This document shows positions 11,760 to 25,100 of a stretch of 64,000 nucleotides of DNA, piece after piece. The DNA is from Histomonas meleagridis 2922-C6/04-290x. Its lineage: Eukaryota > Protista > Parabasalia. The stretch spans positions 1,441-65,440 of the forward strand of contig JAANOX010000140.1 in the NCBI GenBank assembly GCA_020184695.1. The letters are read 5' to 3'. Under the pieces are notes generated by a model, which saw only the letters and a list, made by a program, of their open reading frames with translations, had not been told where the DNA came from and did no database searches. The position numbers and the translations under genes were made by a program. Within the stretch, counting starts at the first letter, position 1. Every line of letters begins with the position of its first letter.

Positions 11760-12965
11760 TTAACAAGAATTAAACATTTCGTCAATGAAAAACGGCACTG
11801 CGATATTACTGTGAATTTGTCCTCGCGCATAAATAGATAAAACAATAAGATAAAATGGCAACGCAATGACTAACATTTTCCGACCTTCTTTCGTTGACAA
11901 AATGCAATCAAATCCAATTAATATCGAAAATATCGAACAAGGTAATGCGTATCGATAAATATCAATATGCGATAAGCAGCTGATATAAATCAGATATATA
12001 CTTGAAAGAACTCCAATTGGAATTGATTTTGTATATGTTATAAGATGTCCTATGAAAATGATCGTAAAAAATATGATAAATGAATGTGAATAAAGTTCGT
12101 CGCCATTTCGTTGGATGTTTAATATTTCATGAAATGGCTTCCCAATAAGACTTTGCGAGCCTTGGTTATAATGAATGTATGCTAATGGGTCATTAAACAT
12201 ATATTTATGCAATAAAATTAATGTTATAGGTGCAAGAAAAGTCAAAAACATTCCAATCGCTTTAAAAATACAAAATCGTAACAAATAACAAATTCCGATG
12301 CTGGCGCCAATGGCCATGCCTTCGATTCGTGTGTAACAACACATCCAAATACTAAAGAGCATAAATATATATTGATCCGTCTTATAAAAAATAAATGTTA
12401 AAAAGACAAAAAACATAAACAATGGTTCACTCGATCCAACTGAATGATAAATAACAAATCGAATTGGTAAAAAAACTGAAAGAATTGTCGTAAGAAGAGG
12501 ATTACGAACAGTTTTGGTGACAATTAATAATCTTCGTAAGCCATAAACATATAAAAATGATGAAACAAGAATCGATAAATGAAAACCTAAATAATAATTA
12601 TTTAAACCAAAAAGTTTCATTGGTAAACAAATTTTAGAACAAATTGTGATTAACATAGGATATCCTGGTAAATGACATGCAAAATATGATGGATTCATAT
12701 GATAATACTTTGTCCAAGGATTTGTTAAAGGAATTTTATAACCAGTCATACTGACATATAAATAATTCGGTCCATCCCAATAACTAAATATATCATAAAA
12801 TGGTCCTGTAACTGCGGTATTTATCCAGATAAAAAGTGTTAATAAAAACATTGTTAAAAAACAAATTAAATCTTCTCTAGTTAGCTTCCAGAAACCTTTT
12901 GGAATTTTCTCTGATGACATTAATGTATTCCATACTGAATGATCTTTTTTCTTCTTTTCTTCCAT
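11760..12965 (-). CDS. GT-C fold polytopic glycosyltransferase, PIG-V/GPI-mannosyltransferase-2-like, left copy (intact, 401 aa)
   Basis: Multi-TM protein with WDGPNYLYVS..GY, HLPGYP, SEPLF, TRIEG and RYALP motifs typical of PIG-V/Mannosyl_trans2-like enzymes. Confidence 0.7.
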   Translation of the reverse strand: MEEKKKKDHSVWNTLMSSEKIPKGFWKLTREDLICFLTMFLLTLFIWINTAVTGPFYDIFSYWDGPNYLYVSMTGYKIPLTNPWTKYYHMNPSYFACHLPGYPMLITICSKICLPMKLFGLNNYYLGFHLSILVSSFLYVYGLRRLLIVTKTVRNPLLTTILSVFLPIRFVIYHSVGSSEPLFMFFVFLTFIFYKTDQYIFMLFSIWMCCYTRIEGMAIGASIGICYLLRFCIFKAIGMFLTFLAPITLILLHKYMFNDPLAYIHYNQGSQSLIGKPFHEILNIQRNGDELYSHSFIIFFTIIFIGHLITYTKSIPIGVLSSIYLIYISCLSHIDIYRYALPCSIFSILIGFDCILSTKEGRKMLVIALPFYLIVLSIYARGQIHSNIAVPFFIDEMFNSC

Positions 12966-13233
12966 TTTTAAGGAGGACGTTAAAATAAACGGATTTTTTG
13001 ATTTTTTATCAGATAAGAAAGATTAAATATGATAAGTTTTCTTCATTCTTGCCTTTTCATTTGAATTAATAATAATAAAAATAACATATGATAAATATAG
13101 TTTCAACTATTTTACTGTAACATTTCAATAAAGAAACTTTTGTTTGAAGAAAAAGTTTTTAATCTTTCAACTTTAGATAGAATATTATTTTTTTAAAAAA
13201 AAATTTATTGTTATTAATAATTTTTTTTTTTAA

Positions 13234-13240
13234 TCATTTT
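13234..13240 (+). promoter_or_regulatory. Initiator-like element TCATTTT upstream of the 4-TM gene
   Basis: Matches the trichomonad Inr TCA(T/C)T(T/A), 13 nt before ATG 13254. Confidence 0.4.
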
Positions 13241-13253
13241 TATTTTTGAAGAT

Positions 13254-13892
13254 ATGAAAACAATATATATCTTTTTTATTGAAGTTTGTATTCTTGCATT
13301 TATAGAATTATTAGGACATTTCATTATATGTACAAATTGGTCTTATATTCTTACACCAACTTGTATCAATGCAGGAGGTATTTTAGCATTGATAAATATA
13401 AGTGCGATTTGTATTTGTATTTTTTCTGCTTTAACAATAATTTTAATTGTTATAAATATTATCCATTTCATATTAAAAAAATATTTAAACAAATGTCTCC
13501 TTATAATTATTGGTGTATTTTGGTTTGCTACTCTTGTATGTGTAAGTTTAAATTTTTCATGTATAATTAATCCTAATTCTTTCGGAATTTTTAGTTTATT
13601 TTATGGGAAAACAAATACAAAAGCAGATCAATATGTTGAACAATTAGAATCTTATAGGAAATCAAGTCAAGAAGCTTTAAAAGATTATAATAATTTTCGA
13701 AAAAGATGGCTTATTCAACAAAATAATTTATTAATATATGATATGTTTACAGTATTGACATATAATAATCTTCCTACATGTCTCATTGTACAGGTCATCG
13801 GTATTATTTTTTTTATTATCATTCTTATGGTCTTTTTTATAAGACAAAATATAGAATGGAGTGATCAAAACAAATGTTCTTATGATTATTAA
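13254..13892 (+). CDS. Four-TM membrane protein with tetraspanin-like topology, left copy (intact, 212 aa)
   Basis: Three N-terminal hydrophobic segments, a ~70-aa loop, a fourth TM and a short tail ending SYDY. No CCG motif. Confidence 0.6.
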   Translation: MKTIYIFFIEVCILAFIELLGHFIICTNWSYILTPTCINAGGILALINISAICICIFSALTIILIVINIIHFILKKYLNKCLLIIIGVFWFATLVCVSLNFSCIINPNSFGIFSLFYGKTNTKADQYVEQLESYRKSSQEALKDYNNFRKRWLIQQNNLLIYDMFTVLTYNNLPTCLIVQVIGIIFFIIILMVFFIRQNIEWSDQNKCSYDY

Positions 13893-13985
13893 TATTAAAA
13901 TTCTTTTTTATCATAAACTTTAATAAAAATATTTTCTCATTAAATAAATAAATAAATAAAAAGTTACCGAATGTTTCACCGCTTT

Positions 13986-15096
13986 TTATTTCTTTTTATC
14001 CATAAGTTTTAGGATTGACATTGGTAAATAACCAACTGTACCTGACGCTGTTTTGCATCTTGCTTTCGTCCCATCGTCGGAGAGCCAACACACGTATTGC
14101 CCTTTCTTGATACTTAATTCTTCGTTCCCTTCTCCATTATAATCTTCTTCAACATGATAAACTTTCCGTTTATATGTTTTGTTACTCTTTAAGAACGTCG
14201 ATGGAATTTTCCCTTTAACTCGACATTTATCACTTTCAATAATTACATTCGATCCTTGAACTTTAATAACTTTAACAATTTCGCCTGCTTCAACTGTTAA
14301 ATAATCGCTGTTTGGACTTGAAAATTCGCACATGACTGTCATAAATGTGGAATGTAATTCATTATAAAATACTTTGTTCCATGGTAAATAATCAAAAATA
14401 TCAAAATTTAAGACTGGAACATCTGAAAATGTTTCAACAATAGTGGAAACTTTACGCGGAGATAAAACATCGTTATCATGAATGTTCGAGATAAGTGTAT
14501 CAAGTTTAGTTCGCGCTTTAGTCGTTAATTCAACGTATGACGACGCAAGATTGTCACATATCTCTGAGAAGTGGTATAAACACGTTTGAACATTACTGAA
14601 GAATTCTCGTTCCCCATTTTCATAATCAAATATAATTTCTTCGATAGATCGTTGAAATCCTCGACGCGAACGACCAACTTCGTCGCACGCCTCAATCGCG
14701 CGCTTCTCGATTTCATAACATTCATTTCGAAGTTTGTCACGTTCGCCTTGGCGCGTCGGTTCTTTCATCGCTATGTCGCCTGCCTTTTCGATTTGTTCAC
14801 AATGATTAACATAATTTTTATATTCTTCTTTATATAATAACTTGGTTAGGATCATAATTAGCTATAAATTCAACAGCCCAATCAGTAAATTCTTTCTCAA
14901 TACTTGGTCGTTCTGTTTCTGATAGTTGAAGTTTAATATCATTTAAAAATAAACTGAAGTCGTCAATAAACGTTATATAAGACTGTGAAAATGATGTAAA
15001 CATCTTTTGAATGATATCACACATCTCCAATCGCCGTTCTGATGAGGATATTAATTTTTTATAAATGCCATTAATTGCTTTTAAACCTGTGGACAT
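13986..15096 (-). CDS. F-BAR + two SH3 domain protein, left copy (~128-bp internal deletion, frameshift)
   Basis: Helical coiled-coil N-terminal region followed by two SH3-like units (YLTVEAGEIVKV..KGKIPSTFL; ELSIKKGQYV..VGYLPMSIL). Junction near 14838. Confidence 0.72.
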
Positions 15097-15783
15097 GATA
15101 ATACGAAGACGTTTATCTGCAAACTATGATAAACGGTTTTATAAAATTTTTAAATTTAATTTTCAATTAAAAATTATTTAACCCTGAGGCACTTTTTATC
15201 ACGTTTTTTAATAAGTTTTACATCGCGTCATTTCAATAAAAAAAGATTTTCATTTTTTATATGAGGCAAAAAATAAAGATTGAAAATATTCCATAAAAAT
15301 ACTTTTAATAATACAAAAATTAAATAATCTGGAAGGAATAAAAATTTATCATTTAGAAAAAAAAAATTAATAAAGTCTTAATTTTATTTAACATGCAACC
15401 TGATTTTTAGAAATGATATTTAATGTGTTTTCTCTTTTATTATATCATTACAATTATATCTTTTTTTATAGAAAGTAGCACCTTTAAAGTCTTTTTTCTG
15501 TTTCGTCTTGATTTTTTAATAGTTTTATCCTTAAAATATAATATTTAATTAACAAGATTTCTTATTTTATTTATATGTATATAAAACTTAATTAATATTA
15601 AATTATTTTGAAATCACCAATAATTTAGAAAATTTATTTCCAAAGATTTTATAAGTTAAAAAGTTATATTTGGTATATTTAACTTTAATACTAACTTTTA
15701 AAAAAGAAATTTAATTCCATATTGAAGTATTCGAAAAATGTTTATGAGCGCACGTTTATTAATATTATCTTTATTTCCATAAA

Positions 15784-15790
15784 TCATTTT
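15784..15790 (+). promoter_or_regulatory. Initiator-like element TCATTTT upstream of the importin-like ORF
   Basis: Lies 5 nt before the TTG at 15796 and is identical in both arms. Confidence 0.4.
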
Positions 15791-15795
15791 TTGGT

Positions 15796-18185
15796 TTGAT
15801 TTCTTTTTCGATTGATGCTGTTAAGTCAGCAATTCAATCATTTGTTACAAACCCATCAGAAGAAATTCGATCTAATGCAGAACAATATATTACATTTTGG
15901 ATGAATTCACCAGAAAGTTTTCCAATTTCGATTGGATTACTTCAAACAGAGACACAAATTCCATATATATTTTTTGGGTGTTATTGTATTCAACATTTAA
16001 TTGAAAAACATTTGGATTTTTTTGAACAAGAAAAAACAGATCTTACTTTTTTTACACTTATGACATTTCTTCAACGAAATCAACAAAACATTAATCAATC
16101 ACATATTATCAAATGTATAACATGTCTTTGTTATTTAATTTTTATAAATTTTAAATATTTTGAAGTTTGTATTCAAGAATTTCGAGGTGAATTACTTCTT
16201 CTTTTTTTATATCTTCTTTTTGATTCATATAATGAAGGAGAACAATTTATTTATCGATATAACATTGGATTAGAAGTTCGAAAGAATCTTAATATTGTTA
16301 CAGAATTTGGATTTATAACACTTGATAATTGTCCTATTTCTAATTTTTGGTTAAAACTTTATAAATCATTATTTATATTTCAAAACGATTTTAAAATGTT
16401 TTATAAATATTTTAATGTTATTAAAGAAATTACTATTTCAATGGAATATAAATATGAAATTTATCAAATAATTTATGAAATATTAGAAAAATATTCGAAT
16501 AAATTAGATGATGAAGATAAAAATTATTGTTTTAATATTATTGGACTTTTAATTTATATGATTTTTCATAATGTTAAAGAAGGGATTAAAGAAGAAGAAA
16601 CATATCAATTTATAGTTAATTTAATGGAAACATTTTTTGATGAAGTTTCATTTGATTTTTTTGCAGAAATTTCACAAATTCCTTTTTTAAATGATCTCAT
16701 GAAACAATTTATAAATGTATTTCAAATTTTAATTCAACCGAATGAACTCTTTTTAAATTTAATAAGTTCATTTTCGACATTTCTTTGTAGTTTTCCACAA
16801 AAAGACGAATTTAAAGAAATATTTTATTTATTTTTTCAATTTTTAAATCAAATTATAATAATTAACAACGAAATCTTTCGAAATGAAATTATTAAAGGAA
16901 TACTTTCAGAACTTCAACGATATTTTCCAAATTTTTATGCAGAATTTATACAAATTTTATTTCAACATCAACAATATTTCACGATTTTCTTTTTTATTTC
17001 ATATACAGAAAGTGAATTTTTGGAAATATTTTTTTCAGAACAATGTAATCAAATATTAATTACAATAAGTAATAAACCAATTACATCATTACATTATATT
17101 TCACAAATTGGATTTCATTTTAGACGATATTCTAAAAATTTATTTTATTAACATTTGAATTTCTTGAACAAATGCCAAATTTAGTTCTTGAAGTTATTAA
17201 TAAATATTCGAGTACAGAACCAGAACTTTTAATCCCATTTATACCAATTTTAATTGAATTTTGTAAAAACACGACAATTAATTTATTATTACAAATATTT
17301 ATTATATTATATCGAATAAGTTCATTTGAACCAAATCTTTATCCATTTCTTTATGAAAACATATTAAATATTATTAACATTGGGATTAATAATAAACAAC
17401 AAGAAAATGTATTAAAATTTCTTTATGAATTTATCAAAGAAACACATAATAAAGTTCCTAATGACTTTAAATATAAAATGTTTAATTCTATAATTGAAAT
17501 CTTTCGACCATATTTATTTAATAATGAACAAGAATTTCAAGATAATTTAACTGATTTTTTTATTATTTGTATTTCATATGATTATATTAATGAAATTAAA
17601 AATGTTATTGAATGGACAAATGAAATAATAAAAATTTGTATCCCTAAAAATATATTTGTTCTTTGTAGTTATTTTATTGATTATTTTCCTATTGAAGGAA
17701 TTTTAACATTTATTTATTCATTTGATTATCAAAATGATATTATTACTGGATCTAAAATTATAGATTTTGTTCATGATTTATATTTAAAATCGAATATATT
17801 TTGGAATTATATTCGAATTGATTTTCTTCTTTCATTATTTAATATTCCAAATATTGTTTTAATTAATTCAACATTATCAATGTTTAATGATATTTGTAAA
17901 CAAAAAATTGATAATAATATTTGTATAATAATAATAGAAAATATATTTAAAGGATTAATTACGATATATTATGAAGAACAAATCCGTAGATCATCAGCAT
18001 TAATCATTCAAATGATTGACAATGAAAGTATCACAGTTGGTAACATTATTGAAGTAATAAAAGAAATTATTCAATTAAATGAAGAAACAATTTCAATAAT
18101 TTATGATGGATTTATTACATGTGATACTAATACTATTTTTATAATTTTGAAACAAATTAGTGAATACTCAAAAACTAATAAATAA
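15796..18185 (+). CDS. Importin-beta/exportin-like HEAT-repeat protein, left copy (frameshifts; no in-frame ATG at the expected start)
   Basis: N-terminus SIDAVKSAIQSF..EEIRSNAEQYITFW..PESFPISIGLL..YIFFGCYCIQHLI resembles the IBN_N domain; helical throughout. ORFs 15796-17151 and 17172-18185. Confidence 0.55.
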
Positions 18186-18303
18186 ATAAATAAATAAAAA
18201 ATTTTAAAAATTTTAAATTTTATTATCGATGTAAAAAAGTGCTGTTTTTTCAATGAAATTATTAAGGCACCCTATACATATTGAGAAGTTTATTTTTTAT
18301 TCA

Positions 18304-18912
18304 ATGTCTAATTATGAAGGAGACAACAATAACAATTCTAATAATAATTTAACCAAAAAAATCGTAGTTATTGGAGATTCGAATGTAGGTAAGACCAGTA
18401 TTATTTGTAGATATACCAATGAATTTTTTGATTCTAATTGTACTACAACCATTGGAACGTCTTTTGTTTTAAAATATCTTCCAGAATTTGGTGAGAACAA
18501 AAGTTTTAAAATCTGGGACACAGCAGGACAAGAAAGATATAGGTCGATTGTACCTATTTATTTTCGAGGTACAGATGCAATTATTTTAGTTTTTGATTTA
18601 ACCAACAAAAAGTATACAGAATCTATAGATCAATGGCTTAAATTTATTAGTGAAAATGTTAACGATAATATTCCTATTTTTTTAGTTGGGAATAAGTTTG
18701 ATTTAGTTAATGAATATTCAACTCTTTCCCTTATAGCAGACACTGTTAAGCGGTATAATCTTCCATATTCACTTACATCAGCGAAAACAGGGCAAGGAAT
18801 TAATCAACTTTTTCTTGAAATTGGGAAACAATTGTTCGAAATGTTTGAACCGATTAACGAATCGCCACCAGTTCTTATAAGTAATGAAGAAAAGAAAGGC
18901 AAATGCTGTTGA
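18304..18912 (+). CDS. Rab-family small GTPase, left copy (intact)
   Basis: GDSNVGKT, TTIG, WDTAGQERY, NKFD, SAK and C-terminal KKGKCC prenylation signal. Start at 18304 (MSNYEG) is preferred over 18253. Confidence 0.96.
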   Translation: MSNYEGDNNNNSNNNLTKKIVVIGDSNVGKTSIICRYTNEFFDSNCTTTIGTSFVLKYLPEFGENKSFKIWDTAGQERYRSIVPIYFRGTDAIILVFDLTNKKYTESIDQWLKFISENVNDNIPIFLVGNKFDLVNEYSTLSLIADTVKRYNLPYSLTSAKTGQGINQLFLEIGKQLFEMFEPINESPPVLISNEEKKGKCC

Positions 18913-18971
18913 AATGTTTGTAATATTTTTTGTAATTAAACATTTTATTTGTGGAATTTTTTTAAGTGAAT

Positions 18972-21900
18972 TAAAACAAAACATTTACTTAATTTGATTA
19001 TTTAAATCTAAAGAAGAAACATTTTATTGTTAAATATTTCACATCGATATTATTTGAAATGTGAATATTATAATAAAACAAAACATTTACTGAATTTGAT
19101 TATTTAAATCTAAAGAAGAAACATTTTATTGTTAAATATTTCACATCGATATTATTTGAAATGTGAATATTATAATAAAAACAAAACATTTACTGAATTT
19201 TATTATTTAAATCTAAAGAAGAATCATTTTATTGTTAAATATTTCACATCGATATTATTTGAAATGTGAATATTATAATAAAACAAAACATTTACTGAAT
19301 TTGATTATTTAAATCTAAAGAAGAAACATTTTATTGTTAAATATTTCACATCGATATTATTTGAAATGTGAATATTATAATAAAACAAAACATTTACTGA
19401 ATTTGATTATTTAAATCTAAAGAAGAAACATTTTATTGTTAAATATTTCACATCGATATTATTTGAAATGTGAATATAATATTAAAACAAAACATTTACT
19501 GAATTTGATTATTTAAATCTAAAGAAGAAACATTTTATTGTTAAATATTTCACATCGATATTATTTGAAATGTGAATATTATAATAAAACAAAACATTTA
19601 CTGAATTTGATTATTTAAATCTAAAGAAGAAACATTTTATTGTTAAATATTTCACATCGATATTATTTGAAATGTGAATATTATAATAAAACAAAACATT
19701 TACTGAATTTGATTATTTAAATCTAAAGAAGAAACATTTTATTGTTAAATATTTCACATCGATATTATTTGAAATGTGAATATTATAATAAAAAAAAACA
19801 TTTACTGAATTTGATTATTTAAATCTAAAGAAGAAACATTTTATTGTTAAATATTTCACATCGATATTATTTGAAATGTGAATATTATAATAAAAACAAA
19901 ACATTTACTGAATTTGATTATTTAAATCTAAAGAAGAAACATTTTATTGTTAAATATTTCACATCGATATTATTTGAAATGTGAATATTATAATAAAACA
20001 AAAACATTTACTGAATTTGAATATTTAAATATAAAAGAAGAAACATTTTATTGTTAAATATTTCACATCGATATTATTTGAAATGTGAATATTATAATAA
20101 AACAAAACATTTACTGAATTTGATTATTTAAATCTAAAGAAGAAACATTTTATTGTTAAATATTTCACATCGATATTATTTGAAATGTGAATATTATAAT
20201 AAAAAAAAACATTTACTGAATTTGATTATTTAAATCTAAAGAAGAAACATTTTTATTGTTAAATATTTCACATCGATATTATTTGAAATGTGAATATTAT
20301 AATAAAACAAAACATTTACTGAATTTGATTATTTAAATCTAAAGAAGAAACATTTTATTGTTAAATATTTCACATCGATATTATTTGAAATGTGAATATT
20401 ATAATAAAACAAAACATTTACTTAATTTTATATTTAAATCTAAAGAAGAAACATTTTATTGTTATATATTTCACATCGATATTATTTGAAATGTGAATAT
20501 TATAATAAAACAAAACATTTCCTTAATTCTATATTTAAATCTAAAGAAGAAACATTTTATTGTTAAATATTTCACATCGATATTATTTGAAATGTGAATA
20601 TTATAATAAAACAAAACATTTACTGAATTTGATTATTTAAATCTAAAGAAGAAACATTTTATTGTTATATATTTCACATCGATATTATTTGAAATGTGAA
20701 TATTATAATAAAAAAAAATATTTCCTTTAATTTTTATATTTAAATCTAAAGAAGAAACATTTTTATTGTTATATATTTCACATCGATATTATTTGAAATG
20801 TGAATATTATAATAAAAACAAAACATTTACTGAATTTGATTATTTAAATCTAAAGAAGAAACATTTTTATTGTTAAATATTTCACATCGATATTATTTGA
20901 AATGTGAATATTATAATAAAAACAAAAACATTTACTGAAGTTGATTATTTAAATCTAAAGAAGAAACATTTTATTGTTAAATATTTCACATCGATATTAT
21001 TTGAAATGTGAATATTATAATAAAACAAAACATTTCCTTAATTTTATTATTTAAATCTAAAGAAGAAACATTTTATTGTTATATATTTCACATCGATATT
21101 ATTTGAAATGTGAATATTATAATAAAACAAAACATTTACTGAATTTGATTATTTAAATCTAAAGAAGAAACATTTTATTGTTAAATATTTCACATCGATA
21201 TTATTTGAAATGTGAATATTATAATAAAACAAAACATTTCCTTAATTTTATTATTTAAATCTAAAGAAGAAACATTTTATTGTTAAATATTTCACATCGA
21301 TATTATTTGAAATGTGAATATTATAATAAAACAAAACATTTACTGAATTTGATTATTTAAATCTAAAGAAGAAACATTTTTATTGTTAAATATTTCACAT
21401 CGATATTATTTGAAATGTGAATATTATAATAAAACAAAACATTTACTGAATTTGATTATTTAAATCTAAAGAAGAAACATTTTTATTGTTAAATATTTCA
21501 CATCGATATTATTTGAAATGTGAATATTATAATAAAAACAAAACATTTACTGAATTTTATTATTTAAATCTAAAGAAGAAACATTTTTATTGTTAAATAT
21601 TTCACATCGATATTATTTGAAATATGAATATTATAATAAAACAAAACATTTACTGAATTTGATTATTTAAATCTAAAGAAGAAACATTTTATTGTTAAAT
21701 ATTTCACATCGATATTATTTGAAATGTGAATATTATATTAAAACAAAACATTTACTGAATTTGATTATTTAAATCTAAAGAAGAAACATTTTATTGTTAA
21801 ATATTTCACATCGATATTATTTGAAATGTGAATATTATAATACATTTACTGAATTTGATTATTTAAATCTAAAGAAGAAACATTTTATTGTTAAATATTT

Positions 21901-22153
21901 CACATCGATATTATTTGAAATGTGAATATTATAATAAAACAAAACATTTACTGAATTTGATTATTTAAATCTAAAGAAGAAACATTTTATTGTTAAATAT
22001 TTCACATCGATATTATTTGAAATGTGAATATTATATTAAAACAAAACATTTACTGAATTTGATTATTTAAATCTAATGAAGAAACATTTTATTGTTAAAT
22101 ATTTCACATAGATATTATTTGAAATGTGAATATAATATTAAAACAAAACATTT
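18972..22153. repeat. Non-coding tandem array, 102-bp unit, about 31 copies
   Basis: Unit AAAACAAAACATTTACTGAATTTGATTATTTAAATCTAAAGAAGAAACATTTTATTGTTAAATATTTCACATCGATATTATTTGAAATGTGAATATTATAAT. Period measured as 19021 to 19123; about 17% GC. Confidence 0.97.
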
Positions 22154-22183
22154 TAATTTGTTTTTTACTTGTTAAAATTATTT

Positions 22184-25100
22184 TCATATGTTTCTCGATA
22201 TGATTTCCATTGTTCGTTTCTTAATTTCTTCGTTAAATTCCTTTTGCTTCAGATCATAATCGATGACTGCGTCTGCGCCGCCTTCTTTGTTCGGTGTGCC
22301 GCTATGTAACTGAGCTTCAAATAATTCGTTGTACCATTCTGTGAATGGCGAAATTTTAATTTTACGAATGCTGTTCCATAAGTTCAGCACTTGACACCCA
22401 TGAAATGTGAAATCGGTGATGTACAGTGGCGGAAATGTTAAATACGTTTGGAAGATGTCGATGTTATTTTGAGGTTTCCAATTATGAATCGGTTCATTAT
22501 AAATACTCATTAAAGGAAATGGAGAAAATTGTTTGTTCGTCGTTTTCTGTGGTAATTTTTGTGGTAATGAAACATCTGTCGAAACATTCTTCAAAAACAT
22601 TAGCGCTGCTTCAGAATTTTCATTACTTCGTTCATTAATAGCATAATACGCAAGTGTCGTAAATTCTTTTTGGATTTCTGTGCGTTTTTATCTTTAATGA
22701 TTTCACTACAAATATAATAAATCGATTCTTTGATATTACTTGGACAATATTCAATAATTTTTGGAATAAAATGTTAATATCATAAGTAAATCTTCTTCTT
22801 TAAGTTTCTTACTAAATGTTTCTGAAAATTTAATTAATGATTCATTGTTCTTACGTTGCCCATTCATAGCATCTTCAATAATTCGTCGTTCTGTTTCATT
22901 ATGTTCATATTCAATTAATGATTTAGAAAGTTGTTGATTAATATTAGTATCAATACTTAATGACCATCGATATGGAACTAAGACAAACGCTGAAATAGTT
23001 TTCCATTCACCAAATTTACGTAATAATTCCGTTTTATTATTAATTATTAAATTAATAAAGATTTCAAAGATTTTTTCAATATATTCATAATTACTTAAAT
23101 TAGCTGTTAATAATATATTAATTAATCCATGAAATTCATCTTGTGGTTGAAAAATTAAAAATTATGTTTCGTTAATATAATAGAATGAATTATAGAAAGA
23201 CCTGACTCATAAATACTTTGATATTCATTTTTCTTGACATTTACATGAACAAAATCCTGTCCAAAAGATTTCATTAATAAATTTATTATTATTCTTTGGA
23301 ATATTATTTAATAATATTTTTAACCCAATAGTTAAATAATTGACTGCTGTATCATAACGTGGACGATTAGAATCACCAACAACTCGTAATAACCACATAT
23401 CATCTGTTTGTTGTTTTTTATTAGGATTAGTACGATCATTTAATGATATTGATACAATATGAAGTGCACGTAATAACATTTGAATAGATTCATTATTTAA
23501 TAAATAATTCTTAAGATAAAATATTTTTAATGCATTAGTAGCAATACTTAAATTACCACAACATAATCCCCATTCTAATAATAATTTTTCTTGACCTTCA
23601 ATAAATGGTAAAATTTCATGATAATTCCATTCATTTTGTTGATGTGTTGGTGGTAATATACCTGTAATTTGTGAAATTAAATTATTAGTTTCTTCATTAA
23701 AATTATTATTATCAATTAAACAATAAATTAAAATTTGTGATTCTAATGGTTTCATATATGATAATGATGTTTGATTACCTAATTGTCGACATTTTATAAT
23801 TAATTTTAATGAAAATATAATATTATGTTGATAATCAATTTGAAATTCTTCATCTTCTTCATCTTCATCATCAATATTTAATTTAATTTCTTCATTAAGT
23901 TCATTAATAAATTTATTAATATTAAAAATTGTTCAATTTTACTAATTTGAATCTCATAAAAATACCAATGTTTAATAGAAAATCGTTGTGCTAATTCATG
24001 AATTAAGATTTTTTTGGTTTCTTAGTATAAAGATATAAACCAAATAATAATGAACTTTCTAAATATTCATTATTCTTACTTTCTAATCCATATAAACATA
24101 ATAATAAATTATGTGGTGATGTATTAATTATAACATCTAAAATTGCTGCAATAGATTTAGTCATACCTTGACTATTACATAATATTAATAAACGTTCGAC
24201 AAATGAATAAAGATTAAAACATTGATATGATTTCTCACAATTTAAACAAATACCATATTCTTTAGTATGAATTTTCATGGGTTTAAGCCATTTAGAAATA
24301 AGTTCAATAGAAATACTTGAACGTTGTGCATTATCATATTTACTATAAAGTAATGAATCATCAGAAACTGAACTCTTTTTACGAAGAATTTTCTTATTAG
24401 AAATACTTGAATTATTATTATTATTATTATTACTACTATTAGAATAAAGTGAATTAATATTATTATTACTACTCGATTTCTTACTATGAATTTTACGTTT
24501 ATGTTTATTATTTAAACATTCATAAATAAATTGTTCTGAACAAAATTGAAAATATGTAGATAAAAGTTCATTTAATTGTGAAAATCCTTTTTGTATAAAT
24601 ACTGATAATGAAATTAATGAAATAGATTTCTTAATTTCTTCAATTTTCTTTAATATAGTTGCTGCACCTTTAGAATTATTACGAATTAACATAACTATAT
24701 AAACTATAGATGTTAAAAATCGTAATGCTTCATTTCGTCGTTGTGAATTTTTATTAACTAAATAATACATACATTTAGCTATTAATGTACCACAATTTTG
24801 ATATATCATTAAAATTAATGAATTATTTCGTAAATCAAGTTCATCATAATTTTCATTATAATTAATATTTTTAATTTGTGATGAAATAGAATAAAACATA
24901 GAATAATTTTTACGTGATTCTTTAAAAAAAAGAAATCTTTTTAATATTAAATAATATCGTGAAAAAATAACAATACCAAGTGTTGGATCAATTTGTTCAA
25001 CTTTACGTGGTAATGTTTCAATAAATTCTTCAAAATATTGTGTCGGAATTGGTGAAATTCGTAACCATGATGATAATGGTTTTAATGATTCAGGTGTATT

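Noticed and set aside
18972-22153. 102-bp array as a CRISPR array
   Set aside because: The units are head-to-tail identical with no unique spacers, there are no cas genes, and the context is eukaryotic.
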